Assembly (NCBI GenBank): GCA_020184695.1
Contig: JAANOX010000004.1
Location: 248,001 to 312,000 of the forward strand
DNA from: Histomonas meleagridis 2922-C6/04-290x
Taxonomy: Eukaryota; Protista; Parabasalia
Reading direction: 5' to 3'
DNA: 64,000 nt
Position numbers and translations under genes: made by a program. The notes beneath the pieces were generated by a model that did no database searches, was not told the DNA's origin, and saw only the letters and a program-made list of their open reading frames with translations. This document shows, in pieces, positions 20,481-30,908 of the stretch (positions are counted from its first letter, which is position 1; each line of letters starts with the position of its first letter).

Positions 20481-21068
20481 ATGTACAAACGTCTTTATAT
20501 GAGCATCGAAAAGGAAACAACTGGGCAAAAAGTCGTTTTACTTGGCGATTCAGGTGTTGGAAAAACAAGCATTGTTCTACGACTTAGTGAGCGTGTGTTT
20601 AGAAGAAATACAGCTCCAACAGTTGGATCTGGTGTTATTACAAAAGAAATTGAAACACCATCAGGCCCAGTTACACTTAGCATATGGGATACAGCAGGAG
20701 AAGAAAGGTACAAAACTTTCACAAGTTTGTATACTCAAAATGCAGTTGGTTGTGTGGCTGTCTTTGACTTGACGTGCACAGAATCATTTGATGCCCTTCC
20801 AAACTGGATCGAAATTTTTGAGCAAAATGCTGAACCAGATCACATAATCTGCGTTGTTGGTAACAAATCAGATATTGAAGAATCAAGAACAGTTGATTAT
20901 AATAAGGCATTTGAATGGTGTGAAAATCGTGGTTATAAATACAGTGAAGTTTCTGCAAAAACAGGCGAAAACGTCGACCTAGTTTTTTCAGGAATTGCTA
21001 TTGCTTTAGGCCCAAGAGCAATGGCAGAAACAAGGATTGAACCTAATGATGAAAAAAAGTGTTGTTAG
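20481..21068 (+). CDS. Rab-family small GTPase
   Basis: GDSGVGKT, PTVG, WDTAGEE, GNKSD, SAK motifs and C-terminal CC prenylation site. Confidence 0.92.
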   Translation: MYKRLYMSIEKETTGQKVVLLGDSGVGKTSIVLRLSERVFRRNTAPTVGSGVITKEIETPSGPVTLSIWDTAGEERYKTFTSLYTQNAVGCVAVFDLTCTESFDALPNWIEIFEQNAEPDHIICVVGNKSDIEESRTVDYNKAFEWCENRGYKYSEVSAKTGENVDLVFSGIAIALGPRAMAETRIEPNDEKKCC

Positions 21069-21777
21069 CACATTCTCATGAACATAATACAAGTAGTCAA
21101 TAAACCTCTCCAACTTTTAGTCTTGAGCAAAAATATCTAAAGTCATGTTCTCATTCCTAAACATTGTTATAGGGGAAAAAAACCAATATAAAGGAGGAAA
21201 ATTACTTACCAAAACCAAACATTGTCCCACAGAATTAGCTGTTAACCTCCTATTCAATTACGAAAAATTCATACGAATAAACTATTCAATAATCGGCGCT
21301 AAACGGCGCGACCTCACACCTTCACCTTATCTTTCTTTGGTTTAATATATTCGCATCATATTTCTCTTGAATGATTTGTATTTGTGAAACTAAGTGACCT
21401 CGCTATTTGAGATGTATTCGAGTTTAGTATTGAATGTGATATTTTTATCCAATTCAATATCCAATAAATTGATATATGAAATCTTAAAAACAATACATTT
21501 TTCAACAGACGCAATAAATTGTTTAAAATATTTCATATTCTTTCCATAAAATTAGGACATAAATACAAATTAACAAATGAAAGACCAGCATGCTGTTTAT
21601 TAATAAAAACCAATAAAATTCAACAAAACGGTAAGCTCTAAAGTGACATAGTGACATATAGTCTTATGTAGCTCTTCCTCTTCTTTCAAAAACTATATCA
21701 AATTTCCTGTTTTGTTATTGTGTTGGTGGAGAAAATTTGGGGTACTCCAAAATACGATAGATTATTCAAAAGTGAAC

Positions 21778-23403
21778 ATGAGCGAATCAGGCAGCTACCA
21801 AAGTGATTCAAGTTCATATCAAGAAGACGATTCAACTAGCACCAGCGATTCTAGTCTATTCCTAACAAGTAGCGAACAAAGTGATTCCACTTCCAAAGAA
21901 TCTAGCTCAAGCGAATCTTCAATAAGTAGCGAACAAAGCGATTCAACCTCAGGTAAGAAATCTAAAACCAATGCCCAAACAAAACCTGTTCCAAAGAAAC
22001 CGCCAACAAAGAAAGAAGACAAAATCTCTGATTTAAAGCCACAAGGTAATACCAAAGCAAAGCCTGTTGCGAGTGAATCTTCATCAGATAGCGAACGAAG
22101 TGATTCCTCTTCCAACAAAAAATCAAAAGGTGCCAATAAAGCAAAATTTATTACAAAGAAACCACCACCAAAGAGCGAAAGTAAAAGTCCTGACGCAAAA
22201 TCCAAAGGTGATGCCAAAAAGCCTGTCAAAAAGGAATCTTCATCAGATAGCGATTCCACATCAGACAAAAAGCCAAAAGCTAGTGCCAAAGCAAAACCTG
22301 CTGCAAAGAAGCCACCAACAAAGAGCGGAAACAAAAGTCCTGACAAAAAATCAAAAAGTAATGCCAAAAAGGAATCTTCATCAGACAGCGATTCTACTTC
22401 CGACAAAAAACCAAAAGCTAATGTCAAAGCAAAACCAATTGATAAGGAATCACCAGCAAAGAAAATTCCAAGTGCAAAACCAAAAGCTGAAGCCAAAGCA
22501 AAGACAGTCAAAAAGGAATCTTCATCAGATAGCGATTCAACTTCGGACAAAAAGCCAAAAGCTAATGCCAAAGCAAAGCCTGCTGCAAAGAAGCCACCAC
22601 CAAAGAGCGAAAACAAAAGTCCTGACACAAAATCCAAAGGTAATGCCAAGAAACCTATTGTAAAGGAGTCGTCATCAGATAGCGATTCAACATCCAATAA
22701 AAAGCCAAAGAGCAACACTAAGGCAAAACCTGCGAAGAGTGATGCAAAATCCAAGAAAAAGCCTGCAAAGGATTCTCCAAAGAAGAGTAAACGCGAGACA
22801 TCAGAAGATGACGTTCCGAAGTATGTTCCCGAGTTCCTCAATTACAGGTGCATGCGCCGCGTCAATTCGATGCCATCTGGCTCCAAGGTTACCTTTGAAT
22901 TTTCTCTTGATGATAACGATCTCTATCACTGCAAGATGAGGAAGAAGCACCAGCTTAAGAACGTTCCCATCTCTGAAGGATCCGAAACGCACATTTCCTC
23001 GATTGATAATTATCTTCTTTCATCATCACATCATTTTCACAACTTTACACTCATGAGCGGCTCCGATGTTTTACTCAAAATTAAGTTTGACAATTCAAAA
23101 GGTGGGAAAAAACCGAAAGCGATCAAAGCCAAATGGACACCGAACGATGGGACAAGAGCGTTTATGCTTGTAAGCAAAGAACCTGATTATGATGCAAAAA
23201 CTAAAACGTGGAGTCTTGACTTTGGTGGAAGATATGCAAAGCCAAGTATAAAGAATGCGATTTTGGTCGATCATAAAACACATGAAGTACAGGCTATGTT
23301 TCGAAGAGTGGACCCATGGGAAATGCACGTGGATGCAAAAGAAGGCATCCCGCCATTGTTTTTATTTGCTGTTTTGGTGAGTTTGAACATTTGTAACTTT
23401 TGA
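21778..23403 (+). CDS. Tubby-domain protein with a long Ser/Asp/Lys-rich repetitive N-terminus
   Basis: C-terminal SKEPDYDAKTKTWSLDFGGRYAKPSIKNAIL matches the Tubby NKxP..LxFxGR..SxKN pattern; ATG at 21778. Confidence 0.8.
   Translation: MSESGSYQSDSSSYQEDDSTSTSDSSLFLTSSEQSDSTSKESSSSESSISSEQSDSTSGKKSKTNAQTKPVPKKPPTKKEDKISDLKPQGNTKAKPVASESSSDSERSDSSSNKKSKGANKAKFITKKPPPKSESKSPDAKSKGDAKKPVKKESSSDSDSTSDKKPKASAKAKPAAKKPPTKSGNKSPDKKSKSNAKKESSSDSDSTSDKKPKANVKAKPIDKESPAKKIPSAKPKAEAKAKTVKKESSSDSDSTSDKKPKANAKAKPAAKKPPPKSENKSPDTKSKGNAKKPIVKESSSDSDSTSNKKPKSNTKAKPAKSDAKSKKKPAKDSPKKSKRETSEDDVPKYVPEFLNYRCMRRVNSMPSGSKVTFEFSLDDNDLYHCKMRKKHQLKNVPISEGSETHISSIDNYLLSSSHHFHNFTLMSGSDVLLKIKFDNSKGGKKPKAIKAKWTPNDGTRAFMLVSKEPDYDAKTKTWSLDFGGRYAKPSIKNAILVDHKTHEVQAMFRRVDPWEMHVDAKEGIPPLFLFAVLVSLNICNF
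22050..22760 (+). repeat. Coding tandem repeats KKESSSDSDSTSDKKPKA / KKPPxKSExKSPD
   Basis: GAATCTTCATCAGA(T/C)AGCGA recurs four times (about 22076, 22232, 22372, 22517) with a fifth variant at about 22666. Confidence 0.8.
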
Positions 23404-23656
23404 AATGAAAGAGAACTTTCGATATTTATTAAAAAATTTTTATGAAGTAAATGTTTTTGAATCAAGAAAAATATTATTTGATAGCAAACATCATTTCATT
23501 TGAGTCAAATAATATAAAAATTAATATTTTTCATTCGCATATTAAATGAATACAATATTATTATCCTCTCAAAGAGATAAGGCTTTGCCCCAGTCTGGTT
23601 CTAGATTGATTTGTAAAAAAAAAATTTTGGCATAGCAATGTTTCGTAAACGTTAAA

Positions 23657-24220
23657 ATGTCATTTGGAACCACCTCAGCCTGGGGCTCAATCAGTAAAAC
23701 AAGCAACCAGCCCCAGAACTTTTACAATAGCAATTATTCATACGGACGTCCATATACTAGATATTATTCATATTATTCAAAAACTTCTAATCAAAAAAAA
23801 TGAAGCCCGAAGTGTATCAAGCAATTCCCCCAGTGGGGAGAACCAAACTCAGTTAATCCATGAGCTAGTGGAAATAATCAAATATCATTAGGATCTAATA
23901 TTGTTAAAAAAAATAAGCCAACAGCTATAGCATCACCGCCATTAAGCGCAGCTAAAGCGGACACACCAACATCTCGGCCCACTGTCCAACTCTCTGAGTC
24001 GTACGTAGTTTCATACAGCGCCGCCGATTTCGAAGAGAGTGAACGCACTCCGCAGCCATATTCATCTCCACTCCAAACTCCGCTTGTAATCGTAAATGTT
24101 TCGTACCCAATGAGTTTCTCCCCTCCGTATTATTACTGGCGAATGTATCCTTGTGCATTTCCACAAAACTTCATGATGCAGCCTCTTATGTACGCACAGC
24201 CAACAAATGTGTCCAAGTAA
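23657..24220 (+). pseudogene. Low-complexity S/P/Y-rich 187-aa reading frame interrupted by two in-frame TGA codons
   Basis: AAAATG start at 23657; one frame through TGA 23801-23803 and TGA 23861-23863 to TAA 24218-24220; higher, coding-like GC throughout. Confidence 0.65.
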
Positions 24221-24619
24221 ATATAGTTAATGCATTTCTTTAACCAAATATCATTTATCTGATTGCATTTACTCATTAGAAATCTTTTTGATGATATTCG
24301 AATAAAGATATTGAAGAAATTTGCTTTTGCTTTTATTCACATATACAAAACATCTTATTTCAAATAAAATACCATAGATAACATGTTTAAAACTTAGAAT
24401 GAAAAATATCAAATTTTTAAATTTTGACTGCTCCTATTTTTTTATAAAAATATTTCGATTATAAACAGTCAATTTTGATTTGGAGCCCAAAATACGATTT
24501 CGCCAGTGTTTAATCATTTTAATCAGCCAGCAGATCAAAAACAGTGAAATTTAAGTGACAATAAATTATTTACAAATTGATAATAATAAAAATTATAATT
24601 GAACATTTATTAACAATTG

Positions 24620-26086
24620 TCAATTCATTTGATTCCTTATCTCCTGAATGAATGATTTTATGTTTACATTTATATCTTTTTCCTTCAATATTGGTATACA
24701 CAAAGGCGAATTACATTCTCTTTTGCCGCTATAACATTCCTTCGCATATTCATCCAACTCATCTTTAGTCACAAGTTCGTTTTCATCTTTCGGATGGTAG
24801 CTTATGTACTTAATTTTAGATAATTTCGCGGCTTTTTCATACCAATTTCTACAATTAAATCCATAAGGAAATATTTCAATTACTGTTTTACCTTGTTCCA
24901 TCCATAATAAATTAGCTAAAGCACTTCCATGTGCACCAACAAGTACATCAGCATTTCCTATCTTAAGTATTTTTGATTTTACTGACATTGCTGAAATGTC
25001 AATAATTTCGATATCACAATTATTATCATATATCTCTTTTAATGCATCCTTGACCTCATCTATGTTGGTTATTTTTCGTGGTGACTCATGATTAACCAAA
25101 ATTATTTTCTTGTGTGATGAATCTTTCTGTGGGAAACTGTTTATATCGAAAAAGTTGAAAATAATACGTTTAAAACCCGTTATGTCAACGTTTGATGGGA
25201 ATACGTATTGTGGATCATTCGGCGATTGTTTCGATTCTGTAACTTTATGCATCCCTAAAACAAGCTTCTCAAAACACATCGGAATCCCAATGGTTGACGT
25301 CTTGTAGTTAGAAAATGCACTTGAAATGTGTGGAACATTTCGTGAATTAAAAAATGGAAAGAAAATTCGATGGTCTTTTTGGAATTTACCTTCTTCTGTA
25401 AGGGTAAGGTACATTGGTATTAAGAAATCATAGTAGAGTTGCCAATCATGATCAAGCATTGATCCAGCAAACATTACATTGGTGGTGTTTCGAACATATG
25501 GAAGACTACCAAGGAGGTCACTTTGATCTTGGAAGTTATGAATTCGACCATGTGGAAAGTCAGATGGAGCTCCATGAGATCCAAGTGTTAAAAGTGGTGT
25601 ATCAAATTTAATGGGATATGGTGAAGTTAGCGAATAAATATCGTAGCCATAACAAATATCATGGGCAACACAAAGACGAGTTGACCAGTCATTTGATGTA
25701 CAATAAAATTTTTGTTCCGAAAGTTCTAGATTTTCTTCATATAATAATTTAGAACCTCTAACAAGTGTAAACTTGACTTTTCCACCAATAATTAAAGGGA
25801 TTTTACACTTTTTATTTTCACAAAATTTCGATAATTCATAATCAACTGCTGCACCAGAACCATTAAATTGAAAATTAATGTCAGTTGGATCCAAGCGAAG
25901 TGTAAATTCTATGGCTTCTTTGTTATCTGTAATTGTTGGAGGGTTTTGAAATGAGACTATATTTGGAAGTTTAAAAAGATCATGGCAAATATATACTTCT
26001 AGCACTATTATGGTGATTGAAATGATTTCAATAATTATAAAAGCCTTAAAATTTACCACCAGGTTTCTGCTTTTATTTTGCTCCAT
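24620..26086 (-). CDS. Type II membrane glycosyltransferase family 61 (DUF563-like)
   Basis: N-terminal TM; ADVLVGAHGSALANLLWM...VIEIFP signature; ATG at 26086. Confidence 0.85.
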   Translation of the reverse strand: MEQNKSRNLVVNFKAFIIIEIISITIIVLEVYICHDLFKLPNIVSFQNPPTITDNKEAIEFTLRLDPTDINFQFNGSGAAVDYELSKFCENKKCKIPLIIGGKVKFTLVRGSKLLYEENLELSEQKFYCTSNDWSTRLCVAHDICYGYDIYSLTSPYPIKFDTPLLTLGSHGAPSDFPHGRIHNFQDQSDLLGSLPYVRNTTNVMFAGSMLDHDWQLYYDFLIPMYLTLTEEGKFQKDHRIFFPFFNSRNVPHISSAFSNYKTSTIGIPMCFEKLVLGMHKVTESKQSPNDPQYVFPSNVDITGFKRIIFNFFDINSFPQKDSSHKKIILVNHESPRKITNIDEVKDALKEIYDNNCDIEIIDISAMSVKSKILKIGNADVLVGAHGSALANLLWMEQGKTVIEIFPYGFNCRNWYEKAAKLSKIKYISYHPKDENELVTKDELDEYAKECYSGKRECNSPLCIPILKEKDINVNIKSFIQEIRNQMN

Positions 26087-26303
26087 TTTGGTTGGAGAAA
26101 AATTGCCAAAAAAATTTAAGAACATTTAAAATTGTCATTTTTTTTATGAAAGTCTTTTGCAAGAATCTTGAAACCTAAAAATGTTATATCATGAACAAAT
26201 CTTGTCTATACCCAATGAGAATTGCAATCTTAAAAATTTTGTTTCTTTAAAAAATCATTAAATTGATTTACGTAATGTGATTAGTTTATTCCATTGAGGT
26301 CAT

Positions 26304-26978
26304 TTATGCATTTTCTTGAATGAACTTGAGTACTTCTGATATATCTTCATGTACCACAGAACATGTAGCAAATTGAACATTATTATTCAATTGAGAAAAT
26401 TCAAACTCTTTACCTTGCTCTCCAATGAAAATGTTTTCGTTATTTTCGACGAAGTTTGATTGTTGGCGATTTGCACGAATATCATCAATTTCACGTTCGA
26501 GTTCACTTTTGATGATATCAATTGAGCGTGATCCTGGAATATCGTTCTTTGTAGAGAGGATCATGATTGGAATTCTTTTTGTATAGATTTCTGGAACACA
26601 TAAGATATCATAAAGAAAGTTTGCAATATCATTTATAACCCTAAGAACTGTCTCACTATCGATGGTGAAAATGATTGCATCTGCGTTTTTGATGGCTGCT
26701 AACACTTCAGTTCTAATTCTAGGATGACCAGGAAGATCAACAAATTGAACTTTCTTTTTTCCAACATCTAATTGAAATTCATTTTTAACCTGTGATGTTA
26801 TTGTTGGATATGATTTATTTACGCAAACATTATAAAATAATTTTGTTTTACCTGAACCACTTAATCCGACCATGTATATTGTTTTGTTTTTATTCGATCT
26901 ACCGAATATCATGTATGCTGTGAATAAAATTCCGATTAATAGAAGTGCTGAAGTCGTGATAATAATCCACAAGTCCAT
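26304..26978 (-). CDS. SRPRB: Signal recognition particle receptor beta subunit (membrane-anchored GTPase)
   Basis: N-terminal TM, GLSGSGKT, VDLPGHPRIR, TKND, C-terminal ELEREIDDIRANR helix. Confidence 0.85.
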   Translation of the reverse strand: MDLWIIITTSALLLIGILFTAYMIFGRSNKNKTIYMVGLSGSGKTKLFYNVCVNKSYPTITSQVKNEFQLDVGKKKVQFVDLPGHPRIRTEVLAAIKNADAIIFTIDSETVLRVINDIANFLYDILCVPEIYTKRIPIMILSTKNDIPGSRSIDIIKSELEREIDDIRANRQQSNFVENNENIFIGEQGKEFEFSQLNNNVQFATCSVVHEDISEVLKFIQENA

Positions 26979-26984
26979 ATCTAA

Positions 26985-26990
26985 AAGTGA
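26985..26990 (-). promoter_or_regulatory. Initiator element TCACTT upstream of the SRP receptor beta ATG
   Basis: TCACTTTT begins 12 nt before ATG 26978, matching Inr position and consensus. Confidence 0.5.
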
Positions 26991-27630
26991 CACATGACCA
27001 AATCTGCATATTTTGAATAAACGGTCTCCAATAAGAAAACTTTAGTGAGATTTCATTGAGAAATTACCAATTATTAAAGAAATTTTTTGGTGTAATATTG
27101 GAAACAAATTATGATGATTATGTTCGAATTTTTAGATTAAAGCTCAATTTCAAAATTATGATTCAGAATTTATTCACATGTGATAGAAAACTATTAGTAA
27201 AAAAGTAGAATTATGTCAAAACTTGGTGGCGATTTTGGTGGTTGAAGAATGAAACAAATCGAAGGCCTTCTTCCCTCCTAAATTGACCAAAATTGTAGAC
27301 AGATTGAATCTAAACTTTAGAATTCCTCTGAAAAAGTTTGGTCGACCAAAAATAAAGGGAAATAATTTCCGGACTAAAGCATATTAAAAAGTATCTATTT
27401 TATCCAAAAGTATGAATTTACATCAAATAATAATATTCATTTTTAAGTAAAATTCGGATTTGCCAAAAATTTGAACTCAAAATTTTTATTTGATTGTAGC
27501 GTTCTAAGCCCTCGCAACTATAGTTAGAAAATTTTCATTCTTTCAAAAGTAGGCCACTTTTATCAGAAACGTGATTTTTCAATATGGGTTATTTTTTCTG
27601 GGTAATTTTATTCCTTTTCTGGGCTCGGGA

Positions 27631-30378
27631 ATGAACTACACGCAAGAACAAATAGAACTTGCAGAGCAATATATGATCTCCCCTGATCCTACTGTTGAAC
27701 AGGCAGCTGCAGATTTTATCGAGCAATGGAGAATTAGTCCTGAATCATATGTTCTCGCATTTAAAATCCTCACAAATTCTACACATGTGTACGCTCGTTT
27801 CTACTCTTTGGTAGTAACGAAAGAAGCAGTTGCTCAAAAATGGGATCAACTTCCAGATACGTTTAAAGATTCATTAAGATACTATCTAACAAACAATTTA
27901 TCAACATTCTACTCAAAATCACATCTTCTTAGTAGCGCTTGTGATATTCTTTCACTGATAGGAGCTTTTGATTTTCCAGAACGTTGGCCAGATTTTGTAG
28001 ATAATTTACTTGATCCTAACCTTATTCCGAAAATCCAATTAACCCTTTTAGATCACTTTACTTCGATTGTTACTGATGGTATTTATGTCACACATGCCCG
28101 CCGTGCCAAATTACTCAACGTTATTCTTCAATTAACACCACAAATCAATAAGGCTATCAACAGAGGTCTTACTCAAGAAGATTCTATGTCTGCAGCCTTT
28201 TCAGTTCTCGATACACAACTTAAAACCGTTGCTTTAGATTATTATCTTCAATTTGGAATCATTGACACCTTACTTCAACTTCTAACACAACCTGTATCAC
28301 ATAACAATGCAGTTCAGTGTCTTATTACCATTTTTATTGATCAATATGATTATACAAAATTGGCAAATTACATTCCAACACTTATACACTTTTTTGCTAA
28401 CTCAGTTAGTACTATAGATTCATCATCATACCACTTTCTAACGCTCAAAGTATTACACAGATATTCTTCATTTATCATATACCTCATCAGCGGCATGGTG
28501 CCCGAAATAGACGTTAACCATGACTTCAAAAACGTTTCTGTTGACAAAATCGAAGTTGTTCAAGAGGACATTTTGACAACTTTACGCGTTACGCTTATGA
28601 ATTTTCCTGATGAAAAACAAATCGATGTTTTTTTAGATTTATGGAAATGTATATTACCGCATTTGTTTTCACCACCAATTATTAACTTACCAGTGTTTCA
28701 ATATATTAAATTACTTCAACCATTAATATATGAATCATTATTTAATGTCTTACCACTTGCAATTGTTGAACATGAAATGATTGATACAGTTGCACGTATT
28801 TGTTGGAATACATTAGTTTATTTGTTTCCAAATGATGTTGTTGAATTTTTACGTAAAAAGACACCATCAATAGCATTATGTTATGCGATTGGAGTCGCTG
28901 AAGATACATTACCACCTGAATTATTACATAATATTGTTCAAGAACAAATTGGCCCACTTCTTGAATTATATTCGCAAACTAATGATACTGATTATATAAT
29001 GACATTAAACTTTGTCTTATCACATGGAGGACGTGAACAACTCAGTGACATTAATTATTTCCGAAGTTATTTAGATGTAACAATGAAATGTTTAGAAAGT
29101 GGAGATGAGAATTTACATACAGAAGCGACACGAAGTCTTTATTATGTTGTTCATCGACATACATATTTATTTCTTCAAGGGGATTTAGGATTAATTAAAG
29201 CTTTATGTGAAAAGATACCAATGTTAATACAGAACTTAGAAGAAAGTTCATTAATTCGAATGTTTCAAATTTGTTGTTTTTTAGCATATCAAAGTAAGTC
29301 AGAAGAATTATTCCAAATCTTGTTGCAACCTATTTCACAAATCTTTAATACATTTATAGGATCAATATTACTTCAAGCGCCAACGCCAACAGATTATGGT
29401 GAATTTATATTAACATTAATTTCAGAAATTGTATGTTATTTTCCACAAAACGCTTTAATTAACTTCGAAGCGCCATTATTCCAATTATTACGAACAGAAA
29501 ACATTGATAAAATAATTGGAATTAATAAATTCGAATTAGTCGCTAAAGCTATAGCTTCAATTATCTCATGTAAACCTAATGAACAAATTGCTTTACCTTT
29601 AACACAATTATATGAAATATTATCAAGCAAAGAACCATTTAATTATTTATTGTTTGATTCAATTTCAATCATATGTGAAGCACATGATGATTTAGATTAT
29701 TTATATAAAAGAATAGAAGCAGAATATATATCAACTATATTAAAAAGACCTATAGATATTGAAGGAATTACTTCTTTATTTAGAATGATTTCAACATTTC
29801 CATTAAAAGCTTTTGGTGATGTTTCGGTTTTAACAAACTTATTATCATCTGGAATTTGTCATGAATTAAGTATTGTAGCATCAGCTGCAGCTAATTGTGC
29901 CTGTAATATAATTAAAGATTTAATTGATGTACAATATTTGGATCACTTTATTAATACATTAATCCCTCCTCTAGTACAATCTTTAACAGATGGTGTACAT
30001 ATCACTGCTATTCCAACTTTAGTCCTCTTGTTATACGACGTCTTCTTGAAACATAGGGAATTCACTGGAAAAGATTTCAATTTGATCGCTAACGTTCTCT
30101 TGAATAGTTTCAGTACTTTATGCCCTGAACCGTGTCAAAACTTTTACGCAGAATTCGTTCAGAGATTGGTGAACTCAATCGATAATGAATGGCATTTTTA
30201 TAATGCAGTGTTCGATGTCCTAGTGAATTTAAGATGCGCTACAGCTGTAGATTTGGCTACTTTTGATGTTAAAGATGGTCCTCCAATGTGGATGCCAATG
30301 GAAGTTGTGGCATCAGTTAATGAAATTGTAGAAAAAGTTGAAAGAATGCATAAGGATGAAGACTTCCAACCATTTTAG
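27631..30378 (+). CDS. Importin-beta superfamily karyopherin (exportin-like HEAT-repeat protein)
   Basis: IBN_N-like start (AAADFIEQWR...ARFYSLVVTKEAVAQKW) and FDFPERWPDFVDNL Xpo1-like motif. Confidence 0.75.
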   Translation: MNYTQEQIELAEQYMISPDPTVEQAAADFIEQWRISPESYVLAFKILTNSTHVYARFYSLVVTKEAVAQKWDQLPDTFKDSLRYYLTNNLSTFYSKSHLLSSACDILSLIGAFDFPERWPDFVDNLLDPNLIPKIQLTLLDHFTSIVTDGIYVTHARRAKLLNVILQLTPQINKAINRGLTQEDSMSAAFSVLDTQLKTVALDYYLQFGIIDTLLQLLTQPVSHNNAVQCLITIFIDQYDYTKLANYIPTLIHFFANSVSTIDSSSYHFLTLKVLHRYSSFIIYLISGMVPEIDVNHDFKNVSVDKIEVVQEDILTTLRVTLMNFPDEKQIDVFLDLWKCILPHLFSPPIINLPVFQYIKLLQPLIYESLFNVLPLAIVEHEMIDTVARICWNTLVYLFPNDVVEFLRKKTPSIALCYAIGVAEDTLPPELLHNIVQEQIGPLLELYSQTNDTDYIMTLNFVLSHGGREQLSDINYFRSYLDVTMKCLESGDENLHTEATRSLYYVVHRHTYLFLQGDLGLIKALCEKIPMLIQNLEESSLIRMFQICCFLAYQSKSEELFQILLQPISQIFNTFIGSILLQAPTPTDYGEFILTLISEIVCYFPQNALINFEAPLFQLLRTENIDKIIGINKFELVAKAIASIISCKPNEQIALPLTQLYEILSSKEPFNYLLFDSISIICEAHDDLDYLYKRIEAEYISTILKRPIDIEGITSLFRMISTFPLKAFGDVSVLTNLLSSGICHELSIVASAAANCACNIIKDLIDVQYLDHFINTLIPPLVQSLTDGVHITAIPTLVLLLYDVFLKHREFTGKDFNLIANVLLNSFSTLCPEPCQNFYAEFVQRLVNSIDNEWHFYNAVFDVLVNLRCATAVDLATFDVKDGPPMWMPMEVVASVNEIVEKVERMHKDEDFQPF

Positions 30379-30908
30379 AATAATGTAAATAAATGTGATC
30401 CAAAATTATGTTTTTAACATATTTTATGGGTATTACCATAATAAAAAAGATAATTTATTCGTTAGTTTATAAATTCATAATGATATTACAGCATTGAACT
30501 TAATTATCATGGAAAACTTTTCTTAACAAATATGAATATGTTGATATTTTTATATTTGTACCATATGAAAAAGTAAGTTTGATTTTGACGCCACCGTACA
30601 CCAGGATCTGCTATAGATGTAACAAGCTCATCAAGTTGATGTAATACACAAGCGTTATTATATGCTTTTTGGAAGTCATATGTCCAAAATGTTATAGCTA
30701 TTGAAAAATTTACTGATGATCTATATATATATGAAGCACTTTCAATAGTATGTATTGGTAACACTGCACAAAGAAATATTATTATTGGAATCTTTATACA
30801 TATAACAATGTTTTGATCATTTGATTATTTTTTACTTGTTGTAAAGAATGTGAATTGGAATTTGTATGATAAATTGGCTAATGACGATTTTAAATAGTTT
30901 ATTTAAAA

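Noticed and set aside
21819-22841. 340-codon antisense ORF, and the 198-codon alternative-frame ORF at 22067-22663
   Set aside because: Shadows of the low-complexity K/S/D repeat in the Tubby gene; no independent motif.
30748-30773. GTATGT...AAG 26-nt candidate short intron
   Set aside because: Lacks ACTAAC and does not join ORFs or supply an ATG for the 30909 frame.
30507-30830. Short ORFs on both strands between the exportin-like and ARM-like genes
   Set aside because: Multiple stops and no identifiable domain; cannot tell which strand, if either, was coding.
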